A stretch of 64,000 nt of DNA from an uncultured Eubacteriales bacterium (GCA_964539045.1 CAZIHW010000117.1:17230-81229), one strand, 5' to 3'; numbered from the stretch's first letter, positions 37,789 to 48,111 are shown. The notes: generated from the letters alone by a model not told the origin. Numbers and translations: made by a program.

Positions 37789-38553
37789 ATGAATTTGAGA
37801 GGGAAAAGAGCACTGAGGGTGCTCATAACGGTGGCTGTCATCACGGTAATGACTATGTCACTTTGTATTAATGCTTTCGCTTGGGAGGCACAGAGAAGTG
37901 ATTTGTCCGGCGGCGTGCTTACCGTACCTGACGGAACAACTGTTGTAGACATAAATTCCGTTTCTGCATATTATGAGAACAATGCGGACAAAATTGTAAT
38001 TCCGAACAGCGTAACTTTGATTAAGAACGGATCATTTTCTGATTGTGAAGATGCAGAAGTAGCTGTTGTAGATAACTATGAGGGCGGGCTTACCATAGAG
38101 AGCCAGGCTTTTGCTAAGGGAACGAAGATTACTTATCTTCGCGAAAATCCAAAGCCGCAAAAGGACAGCGAGGACAATACTCCGGCTGTGACTAATCCTC
38201 CCGCACCTACTACGACCAAAGCTGCTCCTCATACTACGGCGGCTCCCGTGACGAAGAGATATGTTACCACAACAAGGGTACATAAGGAAGTTACGACAAC
38301 AGAGGCTCCGGAGGAAACAACAACAGAGGAAACGACCACTGATGTTGAGATTACGGATGCTACACCTTTCGCAGATGCAAAAGAGCAACTTGCCGACGTA
38401 GATGTTTGGGATGAGCTTATCAATCAAACCACAGAGGCTGCTGAGGCTCCGATGCATATGGGAGGCAAGACTGCACAGGTTGCTTCTTATTCGGCAGTTG
38501 TTTGTGTGGCTCTATCCGCGATAGGCCTTGGATATCTCAAATTCAGAAGATAA
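37789..38553 (+). CDS. Secreted/cell-surface protein: signal peptide, one BspA-type LRR-like unit, Thr/Pro/Glu-rich stalk, C-terminal TM segment plus basic tail
   Basis: Signal peptide ending AFA|WE, IVIPNSVTLIKNGSFSDC, a TTT/PAP-rich low-complexity stretch, and a hydrophobic C-terminus ending KFRR with no LPXTG. Confidence 0.5.
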   Translation: MNLRGKRALRVLITVAVITVMTMSLCINAFAWEAQRSDLSGGVLTVPDGTTVVDINSVSAYYENNADKIVIPNSVTLIKNGSFSDCEDAEVAVVDNYEGGLTIESQAFAKGTKITYLRENPKPQKDSEDNTPAVTNPPAPTTTKAAPHTTAAPVTKRYVTTTRVHKEVTTTEAPEETTTEETTTDVEITDATPFADAKEQLADVDVWDELINQTTEAAEAPMHMGGKTAQVASYSAVVCVALSAIGLGYLKFRR

Positions 38554-38576
38554 CATATAAAACATATAAAAACTAA

Positions 38577-38606
38577 GTGCAATCTCAAAAGAGATTGCAC
38601 TTTTTT
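38577..38606. terminator. Intrinsic terminator between convergent genes
   Basis: GTGCAATCTC-AAAA-GAGATTGCAC followed by TTTTTT. Confidence 0.75.
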
Positions 38607-39222
38607 ATCCTGTATGCGCAAATTTTTTTGCTATAGGTTCGGATACCAAACTTATTATTTGACCTGATAGGAATACGGTTATAAGTGAAAAAAACAATTT
38701 ATAAATCGGTATATAGCTCATTGAAAGACCGAGGACAATCAAGTCACTTATCAAATATATCCATTTGATTTTTACTCCGGTTATATGGGATAAAGACATC
38801 GCCAGGGCATCGTCACCTCCGGGGGCACCACCTATACCCACGCATAATCCAACGCCTATTCCTACGAACAAAGCCCCGACAAGAGCGGCTACCAGCGGAT
38901 GGTTTACGAGTTCGGGCCAAAGAGGTTCAAATTGCTCGAAAATTGCATAGAAGGCGGAGAATCCGCACCCCGAAACTATAGAGAATACGATAAATTTTTT
39001 ACCGAGTACTTTACATCCGGTAGCGTAGCATATCGCATTGAGAATAAGACCGGTTATGGATGGGGATATATCAAGCCAATTGTACAAAAGGAGAGTTAAG
39101 CCCAGAATCCCTCCCTCGGTTATTCCGGCTGTTGCGTGCACGTTGAAAAGTCCGAAGGCAAGAATTGCGCTGCCTAAAAGGGCAAGAAAGACTTGATATA
39201 CAGTTGTTTGGGTTTTAGTCAT
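38605..39222 (-). CDS. YitT/YczE-like integral membrane protein
   Basis: 205 aa, five to six TM segments, GGAPGGDDALAMSL motif. Confidence 0.55.
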   Translation of the reverse strand: MTKTQTTVYQVFLALLGSAILAFGLFNVHATAGITEGGILGLTLLLYNWLDISPSITGLILNAICYATGCKVLGKKFIVFSIVSGCGFSAFYAIFEQFEPLWPELVNHPLVAALVGALFVGIGVGLCVGIGGAPGGDDALAMSLSHITGVKIKWIYLISDLIVLGLSMSYIPIYKLFFSLITVFLSGQIISLVSEPIAKKFAHTG

Positions 39223-39368
39223 TTATATCAAATCACCTTTATGTATATATCAAACTACGATTATTCTAGTATAATGTTACTTTGGTGTCAAATCTCAATT
39301 GACATAATTTTTTATTTAGAATATAATTAACAAGTTTATACAACCAACAATTTTTCAGGGGGGATTTT

Positions 39369-40640
39369 ATGAGTCATTATGCAGATTCAGCTGTTCATGA
39401 GAGCAAGAAGTTTGCGGAACATCTGGTTATATGCGTAAAGTGGATTTTTTTATCTCTCGTTGTCGGTATTTTGTTGGGTGTGATAAGTACTGCTTTTGCT
39501 GAAGGAATGAAACTTGTCACCGGTTTCAGATTGGAGCATGGCTACATAATCGCGGCTTTACCGGTGGCCGGTCTTTTGATTGTTTTCTTATATGAGAAAT
39601 TCGGCAAGAATGTAACCCGGGGCACAAATATGGCTCTCGCCGCTATCAACTCGGACGAGGAAATACCATTTTCCATGTTGCCGTTGATTTTTGTTTCAAG
39701 TATTATTTCACATTTGTTCGGTGCTTCTGTCGGAAGAGAGGGCGCTGCACTCCAGATGGGTGCAAGTTTCGGAAATGCCTTTGCCAATCTCCTTAAGCTT
39801 AATGAAAATGACAAAAAGGTACTCATCATGACCGGTATGAGCGCAGCATTTTCATCGCTGTTCGGAACTCCCCTGGCGGCTGCTGTTTTTTCCATGGAGG
39901 TTGTGAGCGTAGGAGTCATGTACTATGCCGCTTTGGTGCCATGCCTTGTGTCTTCTTTGACCGCGATAAGTATCGCAAAGGCCTTAGGCGTAACATATGC
40001 GACTTACTCTTTGATAGATATACCTGAATTTACACCTTTTACAGCCGGCATGACCGTTATACTCGGTATTCTGTTTGCCGTTGTGAGTATAGGTGTGTGT
40101 ATGATGTTCATACTGTCAGAGCGGGGCATGATAAACCATATAAGTAATCCTTATATACGGGTTGTCATTGCCGGTCTCGTTATTTCACTCGGAACATGGG
40201 CCCTGGGTAGTCAGGATTACAACGGTCTGGGAACCGGTGTTATCAATATGGCTCTGTCAGGTGAGGCAGTGTGGTATGCATTTTTACTTAAGCTGGTATT
40301 CACGGCAATTTCTCTATCCGGCGGATACAAAGGCGGAGAGATCGTCCCGATCTTGTTTATAGGGGCGACATTCGGTTGTACTTTCGGCGGCTTGCTCGGA
40401 ATGCCTCCGGCATTTTGTGCCGCGCTGGGAATGATAGCCGTATTCTGCGGAGTTACAAATGCTCCGATATCATCGATTCTTATAGGGGTTGAACTTTTCG
40501 GCGGGAAGGGACTTTGGTTCTTTTGCCTTGCCACGGCGGTAAGTTATATGCTTTCCGGTTACTATGGCCTGTATAAGAGTCAACTTATCATATATTCAAA
40601 ATACAGATCTGTTTATGTGCATAAAAGCACCAAGCGTTAA
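39369..40640 (+). CDS. Voltage-gated chloride channel family (ClC) protein
   Basis: GREGAALQMG and GGEIVP selectivity-filter motifs; polytopic. Confidence 0.85.
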   Translation: MSHYADSAVHESKKFAEHLVICVKWIFLSLVVGILLGVISTAFAEGMKLVTGFRLEHGYIIAALPVAGLLIVFLYEKFGKNVTRGTNMALAAINSDEEIPFSMLPLIFVSSIISHLFGASVGREGAALQMGASFGNAFANLLKLNENDKKVLIMTGMSAAFSSLFGTPLAAAVFSMEVVSVGVMYYAALVPCLVSSLTAISIAKALGVTYATYSLIDIPEFTPFTAGMTVILGILFAVVSIGVCMMFILSERGMINHISNPYIRVVIAGLVISLGTWALGSQDYNGLGTGVINMALSGEAVWYAFLLKLVFTAISLSGGYKGGEIVPILFIGATFGCTFGGLLGMPPAFCAALGMIAVFCGVTNAPISSILIGVELFGGKGLWFFCLATAVSYMLSGYYGLYKSQLIIYSKYRSVYVHKSTKR

Positions 40641-40673
40641 ACTTTTCGGCAAATACACGGAGGTAATATTCAA

Positions 40674-42080
40674 ATGTCTGAAGTAGTTAAAGAAAATAAG
40701 ATGGGAACTATGGCAATAAACAAGCTTCTTATTTCTATGGCTGTGCCAATGATGGTATCTATGCTTGTTCAGGCTCTTTACAATATCGTTGACAGCATGT
40801 TTGTTGCAAGGGTTTCACAAGACGCACTGACTGCGGTTTCTCTGGCTTTTTCAATGCAGAATCTGATGATAGCTATCACTGTCGGAACCGGGGTAGGTGT
40901 AAATGCGATTCTTTCAAAAAGCCTGGGCGAGAAGCGGTTTGACAGAGCGAATAAGGTAGCAAACAACAGTATATTTCTGGCCGGATGTACATATGTACTG
41001 TTTTTGATTTTAGGCCTTACCGTAACTGAGAAATTCTTTGCTATACAGACAGATGATGCTGCTATAATGCAATGCGGTATAGACTACTTATCTGTTGTGC
41101 TAACTTGCTCTTTCGGCCTTGTAGGACAAGTATGCCTTGAGCGTTTGCTTACATCTACAGGTAAAACTTTTTACAGCATGATAGTCCAGATGACAGGCGC
41201 TGTAGCAAATATGATTCTTGACCCTATTATGATTTTCGGATACTTCGGTTTCCCGGCTCTCGGCGTAAAGGGTGCGGCAGTAGCTACTGTTATAGGACAG
41301 TGCATTGCCATGTGTGTCGGTATTATCATAAATATCAAAAAGAATAAAGAGATAACCTTAAGCTTTAAGTTGATGAAACCCGATGCGGAGATAATTAAAC
41401 GTATATACAAAGTCGGTGTTCCGTCTATTATAATGTCATCAATCTCATCGATAATGGTATTTGGATTGAATAAGATTCTCATAGGATTTACAACGACTGC
41501 AGTGGCTGTTTTCGGTGTTTATTTTAAACTGCAAAGTTTCGTATTTATGCCTGTATTCGGTCTGAACAACGGTATGGTACCGATTGTTGCATATAACTAC
41601 GGTGCAAAGAACAGCGAGCGTATAATACAAACCATTAAATACGCTATAGGATACGCCTTTACGATAATGGTATTCGGATTTTTACTTTTCGAGATTTTCC
41701 CTTCGTGGCTTCTGGGAATTTTCAAGTCGGAAAACCCGGCCGAAAATGCCGCTATGATGGAGATAGGCATACCGGCACTCAGAGTGATCGCTATACATTT
41801 CGTTATAGCTGGTGTATGTATTATCATGGGCTCTGTATTCCAGGCGCTCGGCAAGGCAATGTACAGTATGGTAGTGTCTGTATGCAGACAGCTTGTTGTT
41901 TTGCTGCCCGCAGCATATCTGTTGTCTTTGACCGGAAATCTGAATATGATTTGGTTCGCGTTCCCGATTGCGGAGTGCGTTTCCTTGCTCATATCAACTA
42001 TTTCTTACAGGAAGGTAAGAAAACTATTTGAATTCAAATCTACGGATGAGAGTCCGGCTCCGAAGTACATAGAGCAATAA
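40674..42080 (+). CDS. MATE-family efflux transporter
   Basis: 468 aa, 12 TM segments, NKLLISMAVPMMVSMLVQALYNIVDSMFV N-terminus. Confidence 0.88.
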   Translation: MSEVVKENKMGTMAINKLLISMAVPMMVSMLVQALYNIVDSMFVARVSQDALTAVSLAFSMQNLMIAITVGTGVGVNAILSKSLGEKRFDRANKVANNSIFLAGCTYVLFLILGLTVTEKFFAIQTDDAAIMQCGIDYLSVVLTCSFGLVGQVCLERLLTSTGKTFYSMIVQMTGAVANMILDPIMIFGYFGFPALGVKGAAVATVIGQCIAMCVGIIINIKKNKEITLSFKLMKPDAEIIKRIYKVGVPSIIMSSISSIMVFGLNKILIGFTTTAVAVFGVYFKLQSFVFMPVFGLNNGMVPIVAYNYGAKNSERIIQTIKYAIGYAFTIMVFGFLLFEIFPSWLLGIFKSENPAENAAMMEIGIPALRVIAIHFVIAGVCIIMGSVFQALGKAMYSMVVSVCRQLVVLLPAAYLLSLTGNLNMIWFAFPIAECVSLLISTISYRKVRKLFEFKSTDESPAPKYIEQ

Positions 42081-42082
42081 AG

Positions 42083-42115
42083 AAAAGCTGTGAATCTTTA
42101 CGATTCACAGCTTTT
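42083..42115. terminator. Bidirectional intrinsic terminator (MATE / plsY convergent)
   Basis: AAAAGCTGTGAATC-TTTAC-GATTCACAGCTTTT. Confidence 0.8.
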
Positions 42116-42120
42116 GATTT

Positions 42121-42789
42121 TTAATCTTCTGTATCATTATCAGGATTGTCGTTGTCTGCACTTACGTCCGTTTTACCTTTGCCCCAAAGCGGAGATTCAT
42201 TTCCCTCAATAAGGTTGACTATATTTTTCCTATGTCTGTAGAAAGAAATCAGAGGGTACAGGGCTGCCGTTATAACTATTTGTGAGAAATCCGGTTTCAT
42301 GATATACAGACTGAAGAATGCTATCAAAGAGACGAATTCGAAAGTCAGAGAGGCCAGTGACATTATTCTTGTCAAAAGGAGAATAATAAGCGCCGGTACG
42401 CCCGCTAAAAGGAAAACTCTCCAATCAATTACGAGAATGATTCCGAGTGATGCGGCTACACCTTTTCCTCCCTTGAATCCCATATAGAACGGGTGGTTAT
42501 GCCCTATTATACAGAAAATACCGGAAAGGAGCTGTAAGGATACATCGGAAGTATGGAACATATATCTTATCAGGAGTACCGCAAAGGCACCTTTCAGTGT
42601 GTCTATCAAAAGAACGAAAAGTCCGAACTTTAAACCGAAAACCCTTATCGCGTTTGTAGCTCCCGGGTTTCCGCTACCGTAATTTCTTATATCAACTTTC
42701 TTTACGAGTCTTCCCAATATATATGATGTCTGGAAAGATCCTATCAGATAAGCTATGGCTACAGCCAATAAAACTTTATACCATATCAT
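42121..42789 (-). CDS. plsY: Glycerol-3-phosphate acyltransferase PlsY
   Basis: YGSGNPGATNAIR and GFKGGKGVA motifs. Confidence 0.9.
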   Translation of the reverse strand: MIWYKVLLAVAIAYLIGSFQTSYILGRLVKKVDIRNYGSGNPGATNAIRVFGLKFGLFVLLIDTLKGAFAVLLIRYMFHTSDVSLQLLSGIFCIIGHNHPFYMGFKGGKGVAASLGIILVIDWRVFLLAGVPALIILLLTRIMSLASLTFEFVSLIAFFSLYIMKPDFSQIVITAALYPLISFYRHRKNIVNLIEGNESPLWGKGKTDVSADNDNPDNDTED

Positions 42790-42959
42790 AGTGTAACTCC
42801 TTGTTGATTTCTCCTTATTAATTTGGTGTGTATAAAAAGAATATCAGAAATATTTCCATTAAATGCTAATTTTTTGTTAAATTATGGTCTTGATTAGAAT
42901 AATAGTATGACTGTATAATATATCATATAAAATTGGTTGGAAATAGGGAGGCGCTGACG

Positions 42960-43379
42960 ATGCTGGTTTCTACAAAAGGAAGATATGCTTTACGGGTAAT
43001 GGTTGATATTGCACAAAGGAAAGACGAAGGCTATCTGTCTTTAAAGGATATTGCGAAAAGGCAAGATATATCTATGAAGTATCTTGAAATGATTATAAGC
43101 TTACTGTCCAAGGCCGGTTTAGTGGTCAGCCGAAGGGGTAAAGATGGTGGCTATAATCTGGCAAAGCCCGCAGAGGAATATACAGCTTATGAGATATTAT
43201 CCGCTGCCGAAGGGAGTCTTATACCTATAGATTGCCCATCTTTGTGCGGAATAAAATGCGAGAAGGCATGTGATTGTACGACTCTTCCGATGTGGGACAA
43301 TTTAAACAGAACTATCTCGGATTATCTTAAGAGCGTTTCACTATCGGACCTTGCTGAGGGCAATGTAAGAACTTTATAA
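42960..43379 (+). CDS. Rrf2-family transcriptional regulator (Cys-rich, probable Fe-S type)
   Basis: STKGRYALRVMVDIA HTH and a C-terminal Cys cluster CPSLCGIKCEKACDC...LPMW. The ATG at 42960 follows GGGAGG. Confidence 0.85.
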   Translation: MLVSTKGRYALRVMVDIAQRKDEGYLSLKDIAKRQDISMKYLEMIISLLSKAGLVVSRRGKDGGYNLAKPAEEYTAYEILSAAEGSLIPIDCPSLCGIKCEKACDCTTLPMWDNLNRTISDYLKSVSLSDLAEGNVRTL

Positions 43380-43381
43380 AA

Positions 43382-43411
43382 AATCCCTGCGCTTTATTAA
43401 GCGCAGGGATT
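43382..43411. terminator. Bidirectional intrinsic terminator
   Basis: AATCCCTGCGC-loop-GCGCAGGGATT. Confidence 0.75.
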
Positions 43412-43414
43412 CTC

Positions 43415-44899
43415 TTATTGATGGAATAATGCATCTGTTTGATATTTCGGTTCGCAAGTCATGTTTATTCCCAGCTTCTTGAATGTACCGGCATCCACCT
43501 GGGATATGATTACGGATGTATGTGCTTCGCATCCTCTGAGATCCTTAAGATGTTCCATTGCTTTTTGTGCATTCTTGTCACTTGCGGCCGCTATGGAGAG
43601 AGCTATCAGTATCTCATCTGAATGCAACCGCGGGTTTTTGCTTCCGAGTGTCTGAATCTTCAGTTTTTGTATCGGTTCGAAAACCATAGGAGGTATGAGG
43701 TGGATTTCATCCGGTATACAAGCCAGCTCCTTAAGTGCATTTAAAAGCATAGCGGAGGCGGAGCCGAGCAAGTCGGTAGTTCTTCCTGTTACTATTTTTC
43801 CGGAAGGAAGCTCGATTGCCGAAGCAGGAGCATCATATTCCTCATCCTTTTTACAGGCGGCTTCTATTACGGGCCTGTCCGAAATCTTAAGTCCTGCCTG
43901 CTTCATGAGGAAGTCGAGCTTCAGAACTATATCATTGTCTATAGTGCCCTTTTTCTTATCACACAGTGCGGTGTAGTACCTTCTGATTATCTCCTGATTT
44001 GAAGCTTTGATACAAGCCTCATCATCGACTATACAATTTCCCGCCATGTTTACGCCCATGTCAGTCGGAGATTTGTACGGGCATTCTCCGGAGATCTCCT
44101 CAAATATAGCCTTAAGTACCGGGAAAACCTCAACATCACGGTTGTAATTTACTGTTGTTTCTCCATACGCTTCAAGATGAAACGGGTCTATCATATTTAC
44201 GTCGCTGAGATCTGCGGTTGCGGCCTCGTAAGCCAGATTTACCGGATGCTTGAGAGGAATATTCCATATAGGGAAAGTTTCAAATTTTGCATATCCGGAT
44301 TTTATGCCGCGTTTATTGTCATGATAAAGCTGTGAAAGACAAGTTGCCATCTTGCCGCTTCCGGGTCCCGGGGCTGTTATTACAACAAGCCTTCTTGTAG
44401 TTTCTATGTAATCGTTTTTGCCGAATCCCTCATCGCTTACTATGTACGGTATATTTGCAGGATAACCCTCTATTGGGTAGTGCTTGTAAACGTTGATACC
44501 CAAGTTCTTGAGTCTTTTTGAAAAGGCATCCGCTGATGGTTGGTTTGAGTATCTTGTGAGCACGACGCTTCCTACGTATAAACCGAATGCGCTGAAAGCG
44601 TCTATAAGTCTGAGTACATCGAGATCATAAGTTATGCCGAGATCCCCGCGTACCTTGTTTTTTTCAATGTCTCCTGCATTGATGACTACTACGATTTCGG
44701 CTTGGTCTTTGAGCTGCATTAACATCTGAAGCTTACTGTCCGGCTTGAAACCGGGGAGAACCCTTGAGGCATGATAATCATCAAACAACTTGCCTCCGAA
44801 TTCCAGGTAGAGCTTATCGCCGAATTTTTCGATTCTCTTTGCTATATGCTCTGACTGCATTTTCAAATATTTGTCATTGTCAAATCCGATTACGTTCAT
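43415..44899 (-). CDS. UPF0371/DUF1846-like protein
   Basis: 494 aa. N-terminus GFDNDKYLKMQSEHIAKRIEKFGDKLYLEFGGKLFDDYHASRVLPGF. It lies 18 nt downstream of the sortase gene on the same strand. Confidence 0.75.
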   Translation of the reverse strand: MNVIGFDNDKYLKMQSEHIAKRIEKFGDKLYLEFGGKLFDDYHASRVLPGFKPDSKLQMLMQLKDQAEIVVVINAGDIEKNKVRGDLGITYDLDVLRLIDAFSAFGLYVGSVVLTRYSNQPSADAFSKRLKNLGINVYKHYPIEGYPANIPYIVSDEGFGKNDYIETTRRLVVITAPGPGSGKMATCLSQLYHDNKRGIKSGYAKFETFPIWNIPLKHPVNLAYEAATADLSDVNMIDPFHLEAYGETTVNYNRDVEVFPVLKAIFEEISGECPYKSPTDMGVNMAGNCIVDDEACIKASNQEIIRRYYTALCDKKKGTIDNDIVLKLDFLMKQAGLKISDRPVIEAACKKDEEYDAPASAIELPSGKIVTGRTTDLLGSASAMLLNALKELACIPDEIHLIPPMVFEPIQKLKIQTLGSKNPRLHSDEILIALSIAAASDKNAQKAMEHLKDLRGCEAHTSVIISQVDAGTFKKLGINMTCEPKYQTDALFHQ

Positions 44900-44917
44900 A
44901 AATATCCCTTTCAGAAA

Positions 44918-45652
44918 TTATTTTAATAATTCCGCTACCACTACAAATCTCTCCGTTTTTGTTCTGGAGGTGCAAGTGGACAGTGTAATTACTTTTTCGT
45001 TATTTTCAAAGTCTGTTTTAGGACTTTCAACTTCACTGGAGGCACACACGGTCTTTAACCAATCGGTGTATGCATTATTGTCGCTGAAATTATAAGTATA
45101 TACGTCATCTGTAACTTCAACCGTATACGCTGAAATTATCTTATACTTTGCAACCTTGTCTTCCAGAATAATGTATACATACGGATGCTCATCCAGGTAC
45201 GATTTTTCCTTGTACTTTTTGAGTGAGCCGAACATGGAACCGTTTTTTGTATTGTGGCCGTATATTATTGTGTTGTTGTCAGAAAAGTCTTCTGTGTTTC
45301 TGCTGTCTACGAAAATGCTCCCGAAGTCGCTGTAAATGCGATTGTACGTTCTCTTCAGGTAGTAGTCGTTATTCGATCCGTATAACAGCGGATAGCTAAT
45401 CTTCGTATCAGGTATGTATATCCAACCGATTATATCCTCGTTAATTTCTTTTAAAGATTCAAGGTCAACATCCATGTCGGGGACAGGGTCTTCTGAGTCA
45501 TCATTCTCCGGGGCCTTGAAATACTCTTTGGACGAGTCGTAAATTTTGTCACCCTCATAGTAATCATGCAACATGGTACATAATTTGTAGCAAGAAAAAA
45601 TGAACAAAGCTATAAAAATGATTTCCAAAACAGTGTAGAGTTTTTTCTTCAT
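44918..45652 (-). CDS. srtB: Class B sortase
   Basis: N-terminal TM segment, IIYGHN, and the catalytic TLSTCT...R arrangement typical of SrtB. Confidence 0.85.
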   Translation of the reverse strand: MKKKLYTVLEIIFIALFIFSCYKLCTMLHDYYEGDKIYDSSKEYFKAPENDDSEDPVPDMDVDLESLKEINEDIIGWIYIPDTKISYPLLYGSNNDYYLKRTYNRIYSDFGSIFVDSRNTEDFSDNNTIIYGHNTKNGSMFGSLKKYKEKSYLDEHPYVYIILEDKVAKYKIISAYTVEVTDDVYTYNFSDNNAYTDWLKTVCASSEVESPKTDFENNEKVITLSTCTSRTKTERFVVVAELLK

Positions 45653-45820
45653 AGTGTTATCCTCTGCAGACGTAATGAATAAAATACAAATTTAATTGTA
45701 CCACAAACAAAACGTATCTGCCATCTAAAGATTTTTCACATATTTTATGCTATATCCCTTTATTTTTTTGTACGGAACATTTATAATTATTATACTAATA
45801 CTTACATATGGGGTTTTATT

Positions 45821-47029
45821 ATGAGATCACAAACAGCAAAAACCAATATCATAAGAGTCTTGTGTTTTCTCCTGGTTTTCCCTATGGTTTTTTCATTCCT
45901 TTTCGGTTGTAAGAATAAGGAGGAAGAAGAAAACACAACGGCTTCCGTTGTAACCGGGGACTTGACCTCGGGTGAGAATACGGATGACGGATCCGGCACG
46001 GATGTCTCGAACGAGGAGAGTTCCGGTGAAGACAAGACGTCCGAAGATTCGGGAAACGGTTCTGATGTTACAACAAATAAGGTAAGCGGTACAAAACATT
46101 CATACGGTACGACAAAAAAGCATTCGAGCGGAGGCGGATCAAATAAAAAGCCTTCAACTGCTAAGACTACTGCCGTTAAAACTACAAAGTCAAATTCTTA
46201 TTATGCACCCAGAGTGCTGACGAATTCTGCCCCCGGAAGGGTGACCTATACATCTTCTGACGGGACAGGCGTTATAGATTGTTCGAACAGTTCTCAGGGA
46301 TACATCATGGTCAAGTACAGCGGATCATATTCCAATGTCCGGATTCTTGTTTACCCACCGGGAGTATCTACCGGAGGATCAGGGTATATAAATTATCCTT
46401 TGTTTACAAGAAATACCTATGAAGCTATACCGCTTACCAGCGGAAACGGAACTTACAATATCGGTATCTACGGAAACAGTGACGGTTCGGGAAGCTATTA
46501 TCCCGTAGTAAAGCAAGATGTAAACGTATCTCTCAGCTACTCGACCGTAGCCTATGCAAGGCCTAATATCATAGTGAACTATAACTCGGGTACTTCATGT
46601 GTAAGATATGCTGCAGAACTTACAAGGGGTTGTGACGATGAGTTGTCAAAAATCCAGGCCATCTACAACTACGTCATTAAAAACTTTTCTTATGACTACG
46701 GAAAGGCTTCATCTGTAAGGAATTCAGCATATATACCGAATTTGAACAATGTATGGGCATCTAAAAGCGGAATTTGCTACGACTATGCATCTGTTATGGC
46801 GGCGATGCTGAGAACCCAGGGACTGCCTACCAAGGTGGAGGTGGGATACGTATCCAACGGCGCATATCATGCATGGATAAGTGTGTGGACAAAGAAGTAT
46901 GGCTGGATTAATAACGTTATTCAATTTAACGGCTCAAGCTGGAAACTTCTGGATCCTACGTTTGCTTCCACCGGAGGAGATAAGGATTGGTCCAAGAACT
47001 ATTCGTACAGCGTCAAATATCGCTATTGA
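45821..47029 (+). CDS. Lipoprotein with C-terminal transglutaminase-like (Cys-His-Asp) core
   Basis: Lipobox LFGC, a low-complexity Ser/Thr/Gly linker, and SGICYDYASVMAAMLRTQGLP...GAYHAWISVW...LDPT. Confidence 0.75.
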   Translation: MRSQTAKTNIIRVLCFLLVFPMVFSFLFGCKNKEEEENTTASVVTGDLTSGENTDDGSGTDVSNEESSGEDKTSEDSGNGSDVTTNKVSGTKHSYGTTKKHSSGGGSNKKPSTAKTTAVKTTKSNSYYAPRVLTNSAPGRVTYTSSDGTGVIDCSNSSQGYIMVKYSGSYSNVRILVYPPGVSTGGSGYINYPLFTRNTYEAIPLTSGNGTYNIGIYGNSDGSGSYYPVVKQDVNVSLSYSTVAYARPNIIVNYNSGTSCVRYAAELTRGCDDELSKIQAIYNYVIKNFSYDYGKASSVRNSAYIPNLNNVWASKSGICYDYASVMAAMLRTQGLPTKVEVGYVSNGAYHAWISVWTKKYGWINNVIQFNGSSWKLLDPTFASTGGDKDWSKNYSYSVKYRY

Positions 47030-47067
47030 TAAATTGCTAATACACAAAATACACGGAGGAATAATTT

Positions 47068-48111
47068 ATGAGCATTACACAACTTGACGGACCTTATTTG
47101 TCTTCATTCTGTATGGAGATGGCATTGTGCCTTAAAGCCGGTATTTCATTAAACGAAGGATTGTTTATGCTTGCGTCTGATGAAACCGATAAAAGCCTGA
47201 AAGAGATGCTTGACGGGCTATATAATAAAATGGATGCGGGATCTTCGCTTGAAGATGCTATGAAAGAAGCGGGATGCTTCCCGAAATACGTTGTAGACAT
47301 GGTTGAGATAGGTACGAAAACCGGAAGACTTGAGGACGTTCTTCGTGCACTTTCCGCATATTATACTCGCCAGGAACAGATAACAAGAAGTATAAAAAAT
47401 GCAGTTGTATATCCTTTCGTACTTATGTTTATGCTTCTACTCGTTATAGGAGTTCTTATAATAAAGGTACTTCCTATTTTCAATGAGGTATTTAACGAAC
47501 TCGGTGCGGAGATGTCATCTGTCGCCGTTACCATCATGAACATAGGAACCGGCGTGACAAAGTATGCGGCCGTTATAATAGGAGTAGTTGTACTTCTTGT
47601 GGTTATAGCCGTAGTTATAAGTACAATTCCTTCTCTTACTTTAAAGTTTGTGACCGCTTGGAATAAGTTTACCTCTAACAGGAAAATAAGCAAGAAGATA
47701 GCTTCCGCCAGATTTGCATCCGGTATGGCAATGACACTTGCAAGTGGTCTTGATACAGATGAATCCCTCGACATGGTTGAGAGAATTACTGAAAATCCTG
47801 CTATGCTCGCAAGGATAAAAAAGTGTCGTGAACTTATGAAGTCAGGGGAGTTGTTTGTCGACGCAATTGCAAAGTCCGAGATTTTCCCGTCACTTTACTG
47901 CAGAATGTTATCTATCGGTTTTAAGACCGGTACGGCAGATACCGTAATGGAAGAGATAGCATCGAGAAGCGAAGATGATGTAAATGAAGATATAGAATCG
48001 GTTATCAACAAGGTTGAGCCTACTCTTGTTATTATCATGTCGTTGATAGTAGGACTTATCCTTCTTTCCGTAATGCTTCCTCTTATGAGTATTATGACGA
48101 GTATAGGTTAA
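47068..48111 (+). CDS. GspF/PilC/ComGB-family platform protein (two T2SS-F repeats, 3 TM)
   Basis: Duplicated T2SSF-like modules (AGISLNEGLFMLA...FPKYVVDMVEIGTKTGRLEDVL and SGLDTDESLDMV...FPSLYCRMLSIGFKTGTADTVM). Confidence 0.85.
   Translation: MSITQLDGPYLSSFCMEMALCLKAGISLNEGLFMLASDETDKSLKEMLDGLYNKMDAGSSLEDAMKEAGCFPKYVVDMVEIGTKTGRLEDVLRALSAYYTRQEQITRSIKNAVVYPFVLMFMLLLVIGVLIIKVLPIFNEVFNELGAEMSSVAVTIMNIGTGVTKYAAVIIGVVVLLVVIAVVISTIPSLTLKFVTAWNKFTSNRKISKKIASARFASGMAMTLASGLDTDESLDMVERITENPAMLARIKKCRELMKSGELFVDAIAKSEIFPSLYCRMLSIGFKTGTADTVMEEIASRSEDDVNEDIESVINKVEPTLVIIMSLIVGLILLSVMLPLMSIMTSIG

Noticed and set aside
39223-39368. Possible fluoride (crcB-motif) riboswitch upstream of the ClC-family channel
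   Set aside because: I read the 146-bp leader on the plus strand and found none of the conserved crcB-motif blocks. It contains only AT-rich promoter-like sequence.
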